Shown piece after piece: positions 10,472 through 20,700 of a stretch of DNA of 56,820 nt. The translations under genes and the position numbers were made by a program. The stretch is from an uncultured virus (IMG/VR IMGVR_UViG_3300025120_000023) (Duplodnaviria; Heunggongvirae; Uroviricota; Caudoviricetes). Under the pieces are notes generated by a model that worked only from the letters and a program-made list of their open reading frames with translations, made no database searches and had not been told where the DNA came from. How positions within the stretch are numbered: the first letter of the stretch is position 1; every line of letters begins with the position of its first letter. The stretch lies in IMG/VR virus record IMGVR_UViG_3300025120_000023; one strand, written 5' to 3'.

Positions 10472-11391
10472 ATGTTCATTTTATATTTTATCAAATCAAA
10501 AAAGCTAAGCTGTTGAGCTTGCTCTAACATGCTTAGCATGCCTTTGTGTCCAGTTTCATTTGGATCTTTATCTTTCAAGTCTGTGTAGTACACCTCTATG
10601 CCATTGTTGATGAAGTACTCTATCTCTTCCAGACTATCCTTATATGCGTCTGGATCCAAGGCTAGGTAAAGCTTAGGAGGTCGCTCACTTAAAATACGTG
10701 ATCTTAGTGTTGGAAGTATCTTTTTACCAAACAATGGAATCACGTTACGCTTTGTTGATATTGCATCGAATGCACCCTCCACTATTACAATAGGCTCTTT
10801 CCAGTTTATATGGCTACCAAATCCAATAACATCCTTTGATACTGGAGGATTCTTGTGTTTATGGTCTGTATCATAGAAGCTTCTACCAGCATAGTAGTTT
10901 AGGAATCCATCTTCATCAAAGCTAGGCACTACTAACATGCCTCCATAAGGGCCATCTTCACAATATCCTATCTCATACTTGACTATATCAATAGGAGAAA
11001 GCCCTCTCTTATGTACTGCATAATGTATAGCGTTTCTATAGTGTGGAGTGTTCCTTTGGTTGTGTAGTGGTTTGTATTGCTCTGGCAAAGAGTATAGTTT
11101 GTTGGATTTCTTCTTTTGTGTTGTAACCTTTACATCACCATAGACTTCTCGTATTTTAGGGAAAACATACTCAGGAGCTTTGCTTTTCTTTAGAAGTGAG
11201 TTCACAGTCTGACCACGCGCATTGCATACCCAACAATGCCATTTTTGCGTCAAGATATTAACTTGCAGTTTCTTTTTGTGATGATTACAGAATGGACAAT
11301 GAAAGCTCTTTTCTCCATTTTTATGTGGCGTAGATCTTCCTAAATGTCCATGTAGTACCTTCATCACAACCTCAGTTTGTGATACATTCAT
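10468..11391 (-). CDS. dnaG: DNA primase (DnaG-type, Zn finger plus TOPRIM)
   Basis: CPFC...HCWVC zinc finger, YYAGR, VEGAFD and LDPD TOPRIM acidic motifs, KDPNE. Confidence 0.88.
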   Translation of the reverse strand: MNVSQTEVVMKVLHGHLGRSTPHKNGEKSFHCPFCNHHKKKLQVNILTQKWHCWVCNARGQTVNSLLKKSKAPEYVFPKIREVYGDVKVTTQKKKSNKLYSLPEQYKPLHNQRNTPHYRNAIHYAVHKRGLSPIDIVKYEIGYCEDGPYGGMLVVPSFDEDGFLNYYAGRSFYDTDHKHKNPPVSKDVIGFGSHINWKEPIVIVEGAFDAISTKRNVIPLFGKKILPTLRSRILSERPPKLYLALDPDAYKDSLEEIEYFINNGIEVYYTDLKDKDPNETGHKGMLSMLEQAQQLSFFDLIKYKMNI

Positions 11392-11397
11392 AGACTA

Positions 11398-11426
11398 AAT
11401 ATACGGAAAACTATTCGTTTAACCAA
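11398..11426 (-). promoter_or_regulatory. Sigma70-like early/middle promoter TTGGTT-N17-TATATT for the primase and Mre11-Rad50 genes
   Basis: Exact 17-nt spacer; the -10 ends 6 nt before the ATG; same architecture as 45584-45612. Confidence 0.6.
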
Positions 11427-11818
11427 CTATTTGGTATCTCTTTGTTACTGTAAATAAAGTTGTTTTTTACACACCAATCTGCGTATGTGGTTTTTGACCC
11501 TTTTCTAATCTTGTTGTTTGCATTTTGAAACACAAACCTTATATCTAACTCAGGATGCTGACTTTTTATTAAGACATGCTTCTGCCTATCTGCTAATACA
11601 AATCTACCCTTTGTCTCAATAAAAATTCCATTTGGAAGTTTGAAGTCGGGAGTGTATGTGTGGTTGGTAGCTGGTTTTGAGTATGATATTTTGTGTTGTT
11701 CATACTCACCACTGACACCACGACTCTTGAGTGATTTATCTATATCCTCCTCTAAGCCACTCCTAAACCCATGCTTCTTAGCTATTGCTCTTTTGCTTGA
11801 TTTTTTTCTTCTGGCCAT
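11411..11818 (-). CDS. T7 endonuclease I-like Holliday junction resolvase
   Basis: GFRSGLEE, YTPDF, IETKGRF and DIRFVF motifs of the phage endonuclease I family. Confidence 0.92.
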   Translation of the reverse strand: MARRKKSSKRAIAKKHGFRSGLEEDIDKSLKSRGVSGEYEQHKISYSKPATNHTYTPDFKLPNGIFIETKGRFVLADRQKHVLIKSQHPELDIRFVFQNANNKIRKGSKTTYADWCVKNNFIYSNKEIPNSWLNE

Positions 11819-12177
11819 AACTGTTTTATTTTGTAGTTTCGATCGAATAACTTAGCTGATGTTTCTTTCATTCCGTACAGACTGATTACCAAATCTATAC
11901 TATCCTTCTCGAAGGTCTTGCATGAATAAATATCTAGTTGATAGTCCAAACTATCGTCCCACGTATGTATAGCAATGTGTGATGTTGTAATGATACCAAC
12001 TCCAGATACTCCTGGATATTCGTTGGGTTCGTATCCTACAACTGGATTCATAGGCATTCCTTCTACATAACGCATATCAAGAGCTATTACCAATTTATCA
12101 ATCAAATCCTTCACTTGATCTGTTGTAAGCTTTTCGCTAAGCGTTCCCTTGGATATGAGGTGTTTGTGGTCTAACAT
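11782..12177 (-). CDS. speD: Pyruvoyl-dependent S-adenosylmethionine decarboxylase-family proenzyme
   Basis: GVSGVGIITTSHIAIHTW and LDIYSCK match the class 1 AdoMetDC motifs (SHxxxHTW, DxxxC); substrate uncertain. Confidence 0.8.
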   Translation of the reverse strand: MLDHKHLISKGTLSEKLTTDQVKDLIDKLVIALDMRYVEGMPMNPVVGYEPNEYPGVSGVGIITTSHIAIHTWDDSLDYQLDIYSCKTFEKDSIDLVISLYGMKETSAKLFDRNYKIKQLWPEEKNQAKEQ

Positions 12178-12178
12178 G

Positions 12179-12841
12179 TTAGTAAACTTTTAAAAATGAT
12201 AGCATTTTAGGTTCGTGCAAATATTCTAAGTGATCAATTCCAAAGTACTTTGCTTTAGTCTTGGACTGCTCATACTCGTCAAAACTGTCTTCCGCAATGA
12301 GTGGTTTGAGATCTGCATATACCTGCTCCCAATCTTGGTTAAGAATTAGATCTTCTAAAAAGACAACATGTTGCTTGTATAACTCAAAATCGTGAAAGTC
12401 GTGTTCGATGTGCATTAATTCAAAAACCTTGCCATCTTCTATCCAATCGATACAAAAGTCAGCCATATACTTAGGTTTAATGTTAACTAACTTTTGGAGA
12501 CGTTTGTTGTGTTTTGCAAACTCTTTAAGTTGTTCTAAAGCTTCGCCAGCGTATCCGTATCTGGTGTTTAGGTGGCAGTGGTCTAAGAAGATGTGTGCGT
12601 GTGGCACGTCTTGAGACATCCAGTCTTGAAAACATGCTGAGGCGTCTGTTGGACGTCCAGGTACGAGTATGTGTCCAGGAATGTTTGACTGTTTGTGATA
12701 CTCTCCCTCTACGTAAGTTAGCTCATAGCCAATACGATCGAAAAAGTCTGGAATAATCATTTTATCAAAGACGGTTTCATCTTCTAAAGGTTTTGTAATA
12801 TATGGATAATCGACTAGTTTGTAATTAAGTTTATTTATCAT
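12179..12841 (-). CDS. Hypothetical phage protein
   Basis: 220-aa ORF tightly packed between neighbours; no catalytic motif recognised with confidence. Confidence 0.65.
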   Translation of the reverse strand: MINKLNYKLVDYPYITKPLEDETVFDKMIIPDFFDRIGYELTYVEGEYHKQSNIPGHILVPGRPTDASACFQDWMSQDVPHAHIFLDHCHLNTRYGYAGEALEQLKEFAKHNKRLQKLVNIKPKYMADFCIDWIEDGKVFELMHIEHDFHDFELYKQHVVFLEDLILNQDWEQVYADLKPLIAEDSFDEYEQSKTKAKYFGIDHLEYLHEPKMLSFLKVY

Positions 12842-15767
12842 ATCTGACTATAAAGGTTGTATCTACGTTACTTGGTAATTTTAATGGGAATCCTAGTTTT
12901 GCAACTGCTAACATTTCTCCATACTCATTATATAATCCAATTGCTGTTACGTATGGTTTGAAGTCTGATCCAGTTGTGAATGGTCTAAACTCGTATTGGT
13001 TTGATGCAGGATTGTATTCTTGTACTGTTGGATTATTACTTCGATTAAACTCTCCTGCCCCAACTGTGCATGCTATTTCTTTTTCATAAATTGTATGAGT
13101 TCCTCTTGCTACGACTTCTTTTATGTCCATGTATCTTGATATAATTGATCCAAGTACCATTTGTCCGTGATTATAAAACACATTGCCTACAATTGTTGTA
13201 GCTCGTCCTAGTGTATGGTAAGATAAAAATCTATCGTTACTACTCATTAATCCAGCATACATTTTAATATTGTCAATTAACCCATCAAATCCTTGGTCCG
13301 CTGACACACTGTTACCTATGTGTATATCAGACTTATTAGAGCATGCAGCTCCATCTATAACATCAGGTGAGGTTGTTTGTAGTACGTTATCAATATACAT
13401 CATCAACGTAGAAGAGCTTAGTTGGCATGTTACGTGATGCAGTTGATTCAATGTTAAGCTACCAGAAACTTGGGCTTGTTCAAATAAATTATCGCGCTTA
13501 AAACGTAACATCGTACTTCCAGAATCCATAGTAATAGCATATGGTGTTCGATTGTCGCTTTTGTATGTGAAGACATTACCATTTATATCTACTCCATGAT
13601 TTTCAGAGGTGCCTTGTTTGTTTAAGATAGCAGACCCTGAAGGATGTATTGAGTGAGCGGTAGGTCTTATCATGAAAGTGATTGTAAAATCGTTATTCTC
13701 AAAATTGTAAGACTGTCTATAGTTTTGTACAGTTGAAGGTTGTATGTGTATGCTTGATGATAAGCTGCTACTAAACGTAGGAACAACTCCTAGTAAGTCA
13801 ATAGGTTGAGGTATTGGTATAGTGGCTCCAGCAATATCTGTGAATTTTATATTTTTGTAATGAGTTTCCATTACCCAATTACCGCGATTAAAGCTGCTAG
13901 TTAAGTTAATTGCACCTTTACCGTTGTATTTGTACAAATCTCGAGTAGGCCACTCTCCTACACTATTAATCGATAACGACTCGCTCACCCTTGTAGATGG
14001 AGATATTGGTGAAATTAATCCTCCAGACACAAAAAGATTACCACTTAGGTCGTCTTTTATTTCTATGGATTCATTATTACTACCACTTATATTGTAATTT
14101 GCTTTAATTGACAAAGAGGATTGCTGAATACCCTCTCCAAACTTTGTTTGTGCAAGATTAACAATATATGCTTGATCTTCTAAATCTCTAATTTGAGTGT
14201 TTATATTCCCATTACCAAATGCTGCTTTTGTGTTGCTATAAAAATCTTCATAAAATAAATGGTTTACAGATTTGTGTACAACACGTTGAAATTTTTTATT
14301 AACTGTAACGGGTTCGTAGTATTGGAAGTGTGGATTGCCTTGGTCGAATAGTGTGTTAAGGGGGTTGTAGCTTGGATGTGATGGTGTTGGATTGTAATCT
14401 GCTTTATACACAGAAAAGGTTGGTTCTGAGTTTACATCAAATTGAATAAACCTTTCGCTATATGATGAGCTAAATCCTATAAAAATATCTGAACTTGATG
14501 CATTAGTTTTTAATGTGGTTCCAATTTGCAAATCTCCTTTTGTAGCTCCAAAATGATCTGGGTCAGATATTGCATATGTGTCGGGGTTAATTGTGAAAAA
14601 CACAGACTCTTTCAAGCTGTTAGTAGATCCAGCAAATATTCCTATTGTTGCTGGTGTTTGATTGGTTTGGATTGTGGCTTTGACTTTGGGCTTTAATGCT
14701 ACCCACTGTCTTGCATCAATTACTTTATCAAATGACGCTACATTGTACGGTGTATCTACAGCATATAAATCAATACCAACTTGTCCATCATTATATACAA
14801 CATGCACTTTACTCTCTTGTAAAGTTGACGATCCAGAAATAAAGTTAGTTTTATCTATTAAAATGTCTGCAACGTTGGATGTTATTAGTTGAGATATTGC
14901 GGTGTCCTTAACACAAAACAATTTTCCGTCCTCAAACAATGCAAAATATCTATTCTGGGTTCCACAATATAAAAAGGTTTTGAGAGCTGTTGGTGTTGTA
15001 GCTCCATAAACACTTGCTCCATATACAGCGTATCCAAACGCACTACCTGGACTTACTGATGAGCTAAAGCTAGCTGTTAGAGCTTGTGGAAGTGATCCAG
15101 TAAATGATACGGCATAAGCTCCTAATGATCCGGAAGCTGCTATTGCTAACACTTTGTCGTTTATAGTTTTACCTTCTGCATTTACAGCACTAAACGACGC
15201 TGTTAAGCCTGCATCAATAGACGAAGGCATAATTAACCCTTCAACACCTCCAAAGTTTCCTGTGCTAACAGCAAAAGTCTTTGATGTTACACCTAGAGTT
15301 CCAGCAACAAAAACAGTATCTTTTGCTCCGCTGGATAACTCGCACACGGATATACTCTTTACGTCTGTTACCTTTGAGCTTGTGTATGGTGTTCCTTTTA
15401 CAAGTAGATTGTTGTATGGATCTACTGCTCCAAAACCATTTGCAGTTGCTGCTGCATGTATATATTGCTGTGTGTGCCCTATACCATAAGCAGTTACTCC
15501 GTTTGGATTTGGTGTTATTACATCGTTTAGAATTTCATAACCGTCATCCTGGTTTAGACGTAATAATCTGCTACTACTAACATCAGTGACGTAAAGTCCT
15601 CTAACTCCAGCCTTACTTGATCCTTCTAATGATCCAACACTAACTGGGCTAGCCTGAACATTTGAGTAATAGGTTTTATAGCAAACAGTGCTAAACCATT
15701 TCTTATGTGCTCGAAAAGGCGTAAGCCTTATATCGGATGCGTCTAAATTTTTAAAAACTCCTGCCAT
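12831..15767 (-). CDS. Virion structural protein with LamG/concanavalin-like domain and tail-collar-like C-terminus
   Basis: LamG motifs FTITFMIRP, LHHVT, MYIDN and FDGLIDNIKMY; C-terminus PYVTAIGLYN...LAVAKL is shared with 15845-16924. Confidence 0.72.
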   Translation of the reverse strand: MAGVFKNLDASDIRLTPFRAHKKWFSTVCYKTYYSNVQASPVSVGSLEGSSKAGVRGLYVTDVSSSRLLRLNQDDGYEILNDVITPNPNGVTAYGIGHTQQYIHAAATANGFGAVDPYNNLLVKGTPYTSSKVTDVKSISVCELSSGAKDTVFVAGTLGVTSKTFAVSTGNFGGVEGLIMPSSIDAGLTASFSAVNAEGKTINDKVLAIAASGSLGAYAVSFTGSLPQALTASFSSSVSPGSAFGYAVYGASVYGATTPTALKTFLYCGTQNRYFALFEDGKLFCVKDTAISQLITSNVADILIDKTNFISGSSTLQESKVHVVYNDGQVGIDLYAVDTPYNVASFDKVIDARQWVALKPKVKATIQTNQTPATIGIFAGSTNSLKESVFFTINPDTYAISDPDHFGATKGDLQIGTTLKTNASSSDIFIGFSSSYSERFIQFDVNSEPTFSVYKADYNPTPSHPSYNPLNTLFDQGNPHFQYYEPVTVNKKFQRVVHKSVNHLFYEDFYSNTKAAFGNGNINTQIRDLEDQAYIVNLAQTKFGEGIQQSSLSIKANYNISGSNNESIEIKDDLSGNLFVSGGLISPISPSTRVSESLSINSVGEWPTRDLYKYNGKGAINLTSSFNRGNWVMETHYKNIKFTDIAGATIPIPQPIDLLGVVPTFSSSLSSSIHIQPSTVQNYRQSYNFENNDFTITFMIRPTAHSIHPSGSAILNKQGTSENHGVDINGNVFTYKSDNRTPYAITMDSGSTMLRFKRDNLFEQAQVSGSLTLNQLHHVTCQLSSSTLMMYIDNVLQTTSPDVIDGAACSNKSDIHIGNSVSADQGFDGLIDNIKMYAGLMSSNDRFLSYHTLGRATTIVGNVFYNHGQMVLGSIISRYMDIKEVVARGTHTIYEKEIACTVGAGEFNRSNNPTVQEYNPASNQYEFRPFTTGSDFKPYVTAIGLYNEYGEMLAVAKLGFPLKLPSNVDTTFIVRYDK

Positions 15768-15771
15768 TACA

Positions 15772-15780
15772 TATAAATAT
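15772..15780 (-). promoter_or_regulatory. Late-type promoter box ATATTTATA
   Basis: Intergenic; core 5 nt upstream of the ATG at 15767, just downstream of a hairpin. Confidence 0.6.
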
Positions 15781-15786
15781 GTCGAT

Positions 15787-15820
15787 AAAGCAAATCCCTT
15801 CCATTATGTTGAAAGGGATT
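15787..15820 (-). terminator. Putative intrinsic terminator hairpin
   Basis: Minus strand AATCCCTTTC-AACATAAT-GGAAGGGATT (10-bp stem with one G.U pair), followed by TGCTTT; intergenic after 15845. The U-tract is weak. Confidence 0.5.
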
Positions 15821-15844
15821 ATTGGCTAGTTTGATTATGTGATT

Positions 15845-16924
15845 TTAGTAGTCTAGCTTAACCTTCACTAACGCCTCTCTGTTAAAGCTTTTTAGTAATG
15901 GTTTGCTTAATTTAGCTACAGCTACCAGTCTATTATTGTCATCGTACATTCCGATTGTTGTAACATATACACTTGGATTTCTCAACATGCTTGCATGTTT
16001 AAATTGGCCAGTGCTTCCAGATACAAAGGTTGGATTGTTTGAAAAATTAAAATTCTTATTCGTTACACGGACAAAGTAGTGTGTAGACGTTATTTTCTCT
16101 TCGCTTCTTGCGGCAAAGTATGTAGATGCTGAGATGTACATTGAAGCAGTTACAGAGTTTTTAGGTTGTGTTCCAGCTGCTGATAATGTTGTTGCATTAC
16201 CAGTATTAAAGTCCATCCCTGTCTCTGTTTTTAGTCTTGTTGCGTTAAACACTAACACACCATGATCTGGATAAAATAATCCATACTGAGTATTAGATGC
16301 TGTTACAGCTCCGGAGCCACTAAAAATACCAACTACACGTCCAGCTTCGTTTACTGTAGGTGTTTCTTCTTCTCCACTATTATCAATAAATGTTAGGTAT
16401 GAGTTGATTCCATTAAAAGCAGTTAAGGCTTCTGATGCAGATGCTATTCTTAACTCCCAGTTTCCTGGATCAATTTTTTGTCTGAATCTAGCTCTAGCAA
16501 CATTAATTACTAAAATATCGTCAGGTGTATCACTTCCAAAAGTAAATGCAGTATCTGTGGGTGGTAAGAGTTGGTTTCGGTATTGTGAGTATATTGCTCT
16601 GGTAGGAGTATCGTTTGCGTTTTGTCCTACAGTATTAGGATCTCCAAAAGACCCGCTTCCTAGTCTGTTTCCATAAGCTACAGCAAACTGGACAGCTGCA
16701 GTAGCTGACTCATTCGTGTCTTGTGGATTTCTGTGAAATGTATTTACATAATAATCACCAGACTGCGACACCTGTGCTGATGATGTAAAGAACCCTATTC
16801 CATAGGATCCACCGTAAGACTGTGAATATGGATTCATATTTTCAGACCATACTGGTTGTGACACTGTTTGAGTATCTCCAGGTACTATGTCATCTCCTTG
16901 AAAATCTTTATATATTTCTGCCAT
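15845..16924 (-). CDS. Virion structural (baseplate/tail) protein
   Basis: C-terminus YVTTIGMYDDNNRLVAVAKLSKP is paralogous to the end of 12831-15767; lies in the baseplate block. Confidence 0.7.
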   Translation of the reverse strand: MAEIYKDFQGDDIVPGDTQTVSQPVWSENMNPYSQSYGGSYGIGFFTSSAQVSQSGDYYVNTFHRNPQDTNESATAAVQFAVAYGNRLGSGSFGDPNTVGQNANDTPTRAIYSQYRNQLLPPTDTAFTFGSDTPDDILVINVARARFRQKIDPGNWELRIASASEALTAFNGINSYLTFIDNSGEEETPTVNEAGRVVGIFSGSGAVTASNTQYGLFYPDHGVLVFNATRLKTETGMDFNTGNATTLSAAGTQPKNSVTASMYISASTYFAARSEEKITSTHYFVRVTNKNFNFSNNPTFVSGSTGQFKHASMLRNPSVYVTTIGMYDDNNRLVAVAKLSKPLLKSFNREALVKVKLDY

Positions 16925-16935
16925 TTTGTTTTTAT

Positions 16936-17682
16936 TTATCTAATAGATGTTGCTGTAGTGATGTCTAATGTTGTGAATTGAGTTGGATCTACAGTCACAA
17001 CTACTGTTTTAAATCCACCAGTTTCGTTTCCTACAATTGTAAGTAATGCTTTTACGGTTTTGGTTGTATCAGCTTGTGGCTTAGCTTTAATAATAAACTT
17101 GCTTCCAGTTCTAGTAATTGTTTTACCAGTCGTTGAGGTGCCAGTAATTTCGTCATCTATAAAGCTAGTTGCTGCTGCTGATAAATCTGCGTTTCCTGGA
17201 TTGCTTCCAATAGCTGATGTTTGTCTTCGTGCTTTAGATACGGCACCATCTGGAGCTACTTCTAAAGTTGCAACAGTATCGTCGCTTAGAATACAAGTGT
17301 ATCCATTTGTAGAATTAGCACCTTGCAAGTTTAGTGTGCTTGGCGCAACAGTTATCTCTTGTGTTAGAGATGTGAATGTTACAGCTGATGGTGTAACACT
17401 AATGACTGGAATACCGATAACATCCTTAGGCAAAGTAATTAGCTTGTATCGCAACATTTGCGTTTCATCGGGAAGTGCTTCTAAAACTGGCATGTCTTCT
17501 ATAACTTTGCCATAAAAATTAGTCCCTAATGTATGAGCTGGATTCCATAAATCGTAATCTACTTCGTCATCTGATAATGCGAATTTTACGATGTTTAGTC
17601 GGCCTCCTGCCGCCAGGATCTCTCGTCCTTTATTGGTTAAGATTGCGTCTACTGTGACGGTTGTATTATCTAAATATCCCAC
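16936..17682 (-). CDS. Virion structural protein with tail-collar-fibre-like N-terminus
   Basis: GTG start; ILTNKGREILA...IVKFALSD resembles the start of phage tail-collar fibre (DUF3751-type) domains. Confidence 0.65.
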   Translation of the reverse strand: MGYLDNTTVTVDAILTNKGREILAAGGRLNIVKFALSDDEVDYDLWNPAHTLGTNFYGKVIEDMPVLEALPDETQMLRYKLITLPKDVIGIPVISVTPSAVTFTSLTQEITVAPSTLNLQGANSTNGYTCILSDDTVATLEVAPDGAVSKARRQTSAIGSNPGNADLSAAATSFIDDEITGTSTTGKTITRTGSKFIIKAKPQADTTKTVKALLTIVGNETGGFKTVVVTVDPTQFTTLDITTATSIR

Positions 17683-17707
17683 GTGTAATAAGTTTTATCT
17701 TGTTTTA

Positions 17708-17716
17708 TATAAATAT
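17708..17716 (-). promoter_or_regulatory. Late-type promoter box ATATTTATA
   Basis: Intergenic; core 26 nt upstream of the GTG at 17682. Confidence 0.55.
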
Positions 17717-17735
17717 GCAGTTATTAAGAAAAACG

Positions 17736-20700
17736 TTATCTAATATCAAACGTACCTGCCTGCTTTCCTGGTTTAACTGCTAATTGTTTTCCTCCACCTT
17801 CTGTTATTGTAATTACCGGTCCTCCATCTACTGTATCTGGACTATCTACATTATAATCTGTAGATGTTAGTTTACATCCTTCGTATCGAGCATTCACCAT
17901 TCCTTTAGCATTCCATAAGTGGTAATCTTGCACAGATTCGAAGTAGTTTAGTGGTTGCACATGAAGATCTTTGACCACAACAAATCCAGCTCCTATTTTT
18001 CTTGTTTCGATTGTAATTACTAAATTTGGCCCATCTGCTTGTGTTATAAAATTAAAAGATCCTGTTCCTGATGTCACTGCAAAATTTAAGTCGCTAATGC
18101 TTACAGCTTTTGTATATTGTGATCCTTCTTTTCCAAACTGGAATGTTACTACTGCATTGTCATTACCTCCGCCAGTAGCTGAAGTTCTAAAGTTTCCGGA
18201 AACTCTGTAGCGGTAATCTTTTGTAGATGCATCTTGTCTTTCACTAAAAAAGCTATTAAGCAAAACTGATCCAGTAAAGCGTCCACTAGTGGTGTTTCTA
18301 AAATTTAATCCGTTATAAGGTCCGTTGTTTGGATCTACACCACTTCGGGATCCACTTAATTGCCAGTACGTTGTAGTGTTAAATGGCGAAGCATATTGTG
18401 TAATATTATCGTAAGAGCTTGATAATCGTAAGCCAAAATTAGTTATCCATACATTTTTATCGACATCAGCTGAAGATGTGAGTAGTGTGTTAATGCTTGC
18501 TGTTACTATTCCGCTATATGCTACGGGATACAATTGTTCAAGTGCTTTGTAGCTCCAAATGTCTTTTTGATATTTAGCTTCGTCTGGAGAGCTTCGTTCG
18601 CTAAATCGACTTGTTAATATTGTTGGGTTTATTGCTTCCCAAGCGTCATAACGACTTGCTGTTACAGATCTCAATACTCGAGGATTACTACCACTCGAAT
18701 TGTAAGTCATATAAATATACTTACTTCCTTCGTATCGTGAGTTGTGGCCTGCACCATTAGTTCCTAAATCTACAGCAGTACCGTCTACCATTTCAAAGAA
18801 TGTTCCAGTAGGTTCACCGGTCATATCAATAGGAGGAGTGGTTTCTGCAACTACACCGTATATGCCTGTTGGTTTTAGTATGTTGAGATCAATAGAAGCT
18901 GTATTTTGCTTTGGCAATAAATCTTGTGCTGTTCCTTCAATTTCTAAATAATCAGATAGATCACCTCCTATGGTTGCTGCAGCCACATAATGAGTTAGTG
19001 GTTGGTTTGTTGGATCTTCTACCTCACCTTTTATAGGAAACACTTTTTCTGGACTTAAATCTAAAGATGCTGTTAGTAGTAAATCTTCAGCTACCGGGGG
19101 TGGAGTTGGTAATTTACTACGCTCTAAGATTGTAGGCTCAATTAACAGTCCAGTTTGTGTGTTTGCTCTATATGGAACGAACTGCTTAATTAGCTTAAAC
19201 AGTGCTGCATTGTAGTGTTGTAGTAGTCGAATATATTCGTTTGGTTTATTTGTTCCTTTGTATTTTTTAGAATAAACTCTGGCTAATGATTGCAAATCTG
19301 TATAGTCATCTAAGCCTAGTTGTGCTGGATTACCTATAAAATCATCAATGCTAATTCCACCAAATTGCTCTGCAATGTCTTGGTTGACTTCGTTTGTTGG
19401 TGATAAGAATACACCTAACTTTGAATTGTCGGGAGGGTTGTTATCGGTAAGAGGTTTTTCTACTTTATTGTCTTTAAATAATTGATTGCCAGCTAAAGTA
19501 GTGTTGTCGATGCGAATTTTTGTGGAAACACTTCTGTTTGCTCCTAAGTCAGGCCATTCTAGTGAGTTTTGTTCTATTACTCTAAAGTAAGCTGAGCTTG
19601 TTACGTTGTAAAAAGATGCTGATGGTTGTACTAAATTTTGATTAGGATGCTGAGAGTTAAAGCTGCTAGTTGTTGGATAATAATCATCTAGCGTTGTTTT
19701 ATTGTCTGTACCTAATGTTAATCTATATAGTAAGCTGTCAAAACTTGAAGTGCTTCCAGTAAACACGCCATCAGTATTACCTTGAAAGCTAGTTGGTGTT
19801 AGTGTGTGATTGTCTAAAATTGCATCTTGCAACTCTGATGACCACATTCTAAATTCCTGAACACTACCTGATAGGATATTCATTGAATGCGAGTCTGCTA
19901 ATTCAAAACTTCCAGATCCAGGTATCCACAAAGATCCGGTGGTTAGAAAGCTTCCATTATACGATTCAGATGTATTTCCGTCAATAAACAAAGAAGCAGT
20001 TGTTGTTGATGTTATTTTATTGTATCGTGACGTTTTGACAATTAAAGTGTATGTTTGATCACTTCCAGATAATTCAGTTTGGTTCTCTCTACGTAACGCT
20101 ACATGATGCCATCTTGTGTCTTGATCGGTGTATGGGTCTTCTGTGTTAGTATCGTATATTGATGAACTTACACTTGCAGTAGCCCATTGATTTGCAGCTC
20201 CACTTCCGCTTAAGAAAATTCCTATATGCTTTTTGCTTGCGCTCTGAAATGCTTCAATTTTCCACTTGCCAGGAACCTCCATAATGGTTTGATTCTTGGT
20301 TTGATTGTCAGCCATGCGGACACGCATTTCAATAGTTTGTGCAAACTTACTACTACCACTTAATGGTTGCCACGGTACTTCAATTTGTTGCGCTGGTAGT
20401 CCTGAGGTTTGTCTATTGTATCCAGCTACAAAAGCGTAATAGAAACGATCATATACAAGATCTGATTTTTTATCAAAACCTCCCTCATGTCCTCCATATT
20501 CTTTTATACGTAGGATTGTTTCTGGGATTCCAAAACACGTAATTAAAGCTCGTAAACACCTTTCGGTACCTTTAGTTCGTACAAGAAAAGGAAGGTTGTT
20601 AATTAAACGCTTCCAAGTCTCTTTCATGGTATCTTCTGTGGACGTTTGGTATAGTGTGCTTACGCTACCCGTTGCATCTGTACCTAATGTATAATTCCAC

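Noticed and set aside
7280..11391. Intein or intron in the nuclease/primase genes, or a foreign origin suggested by apparently higher GC
   Set aside because: No intein splice motifs or frame breaks; the extra length is explained by the fusion and coiled coil. The compositional shift is only a visual impression that I cannot quantify.
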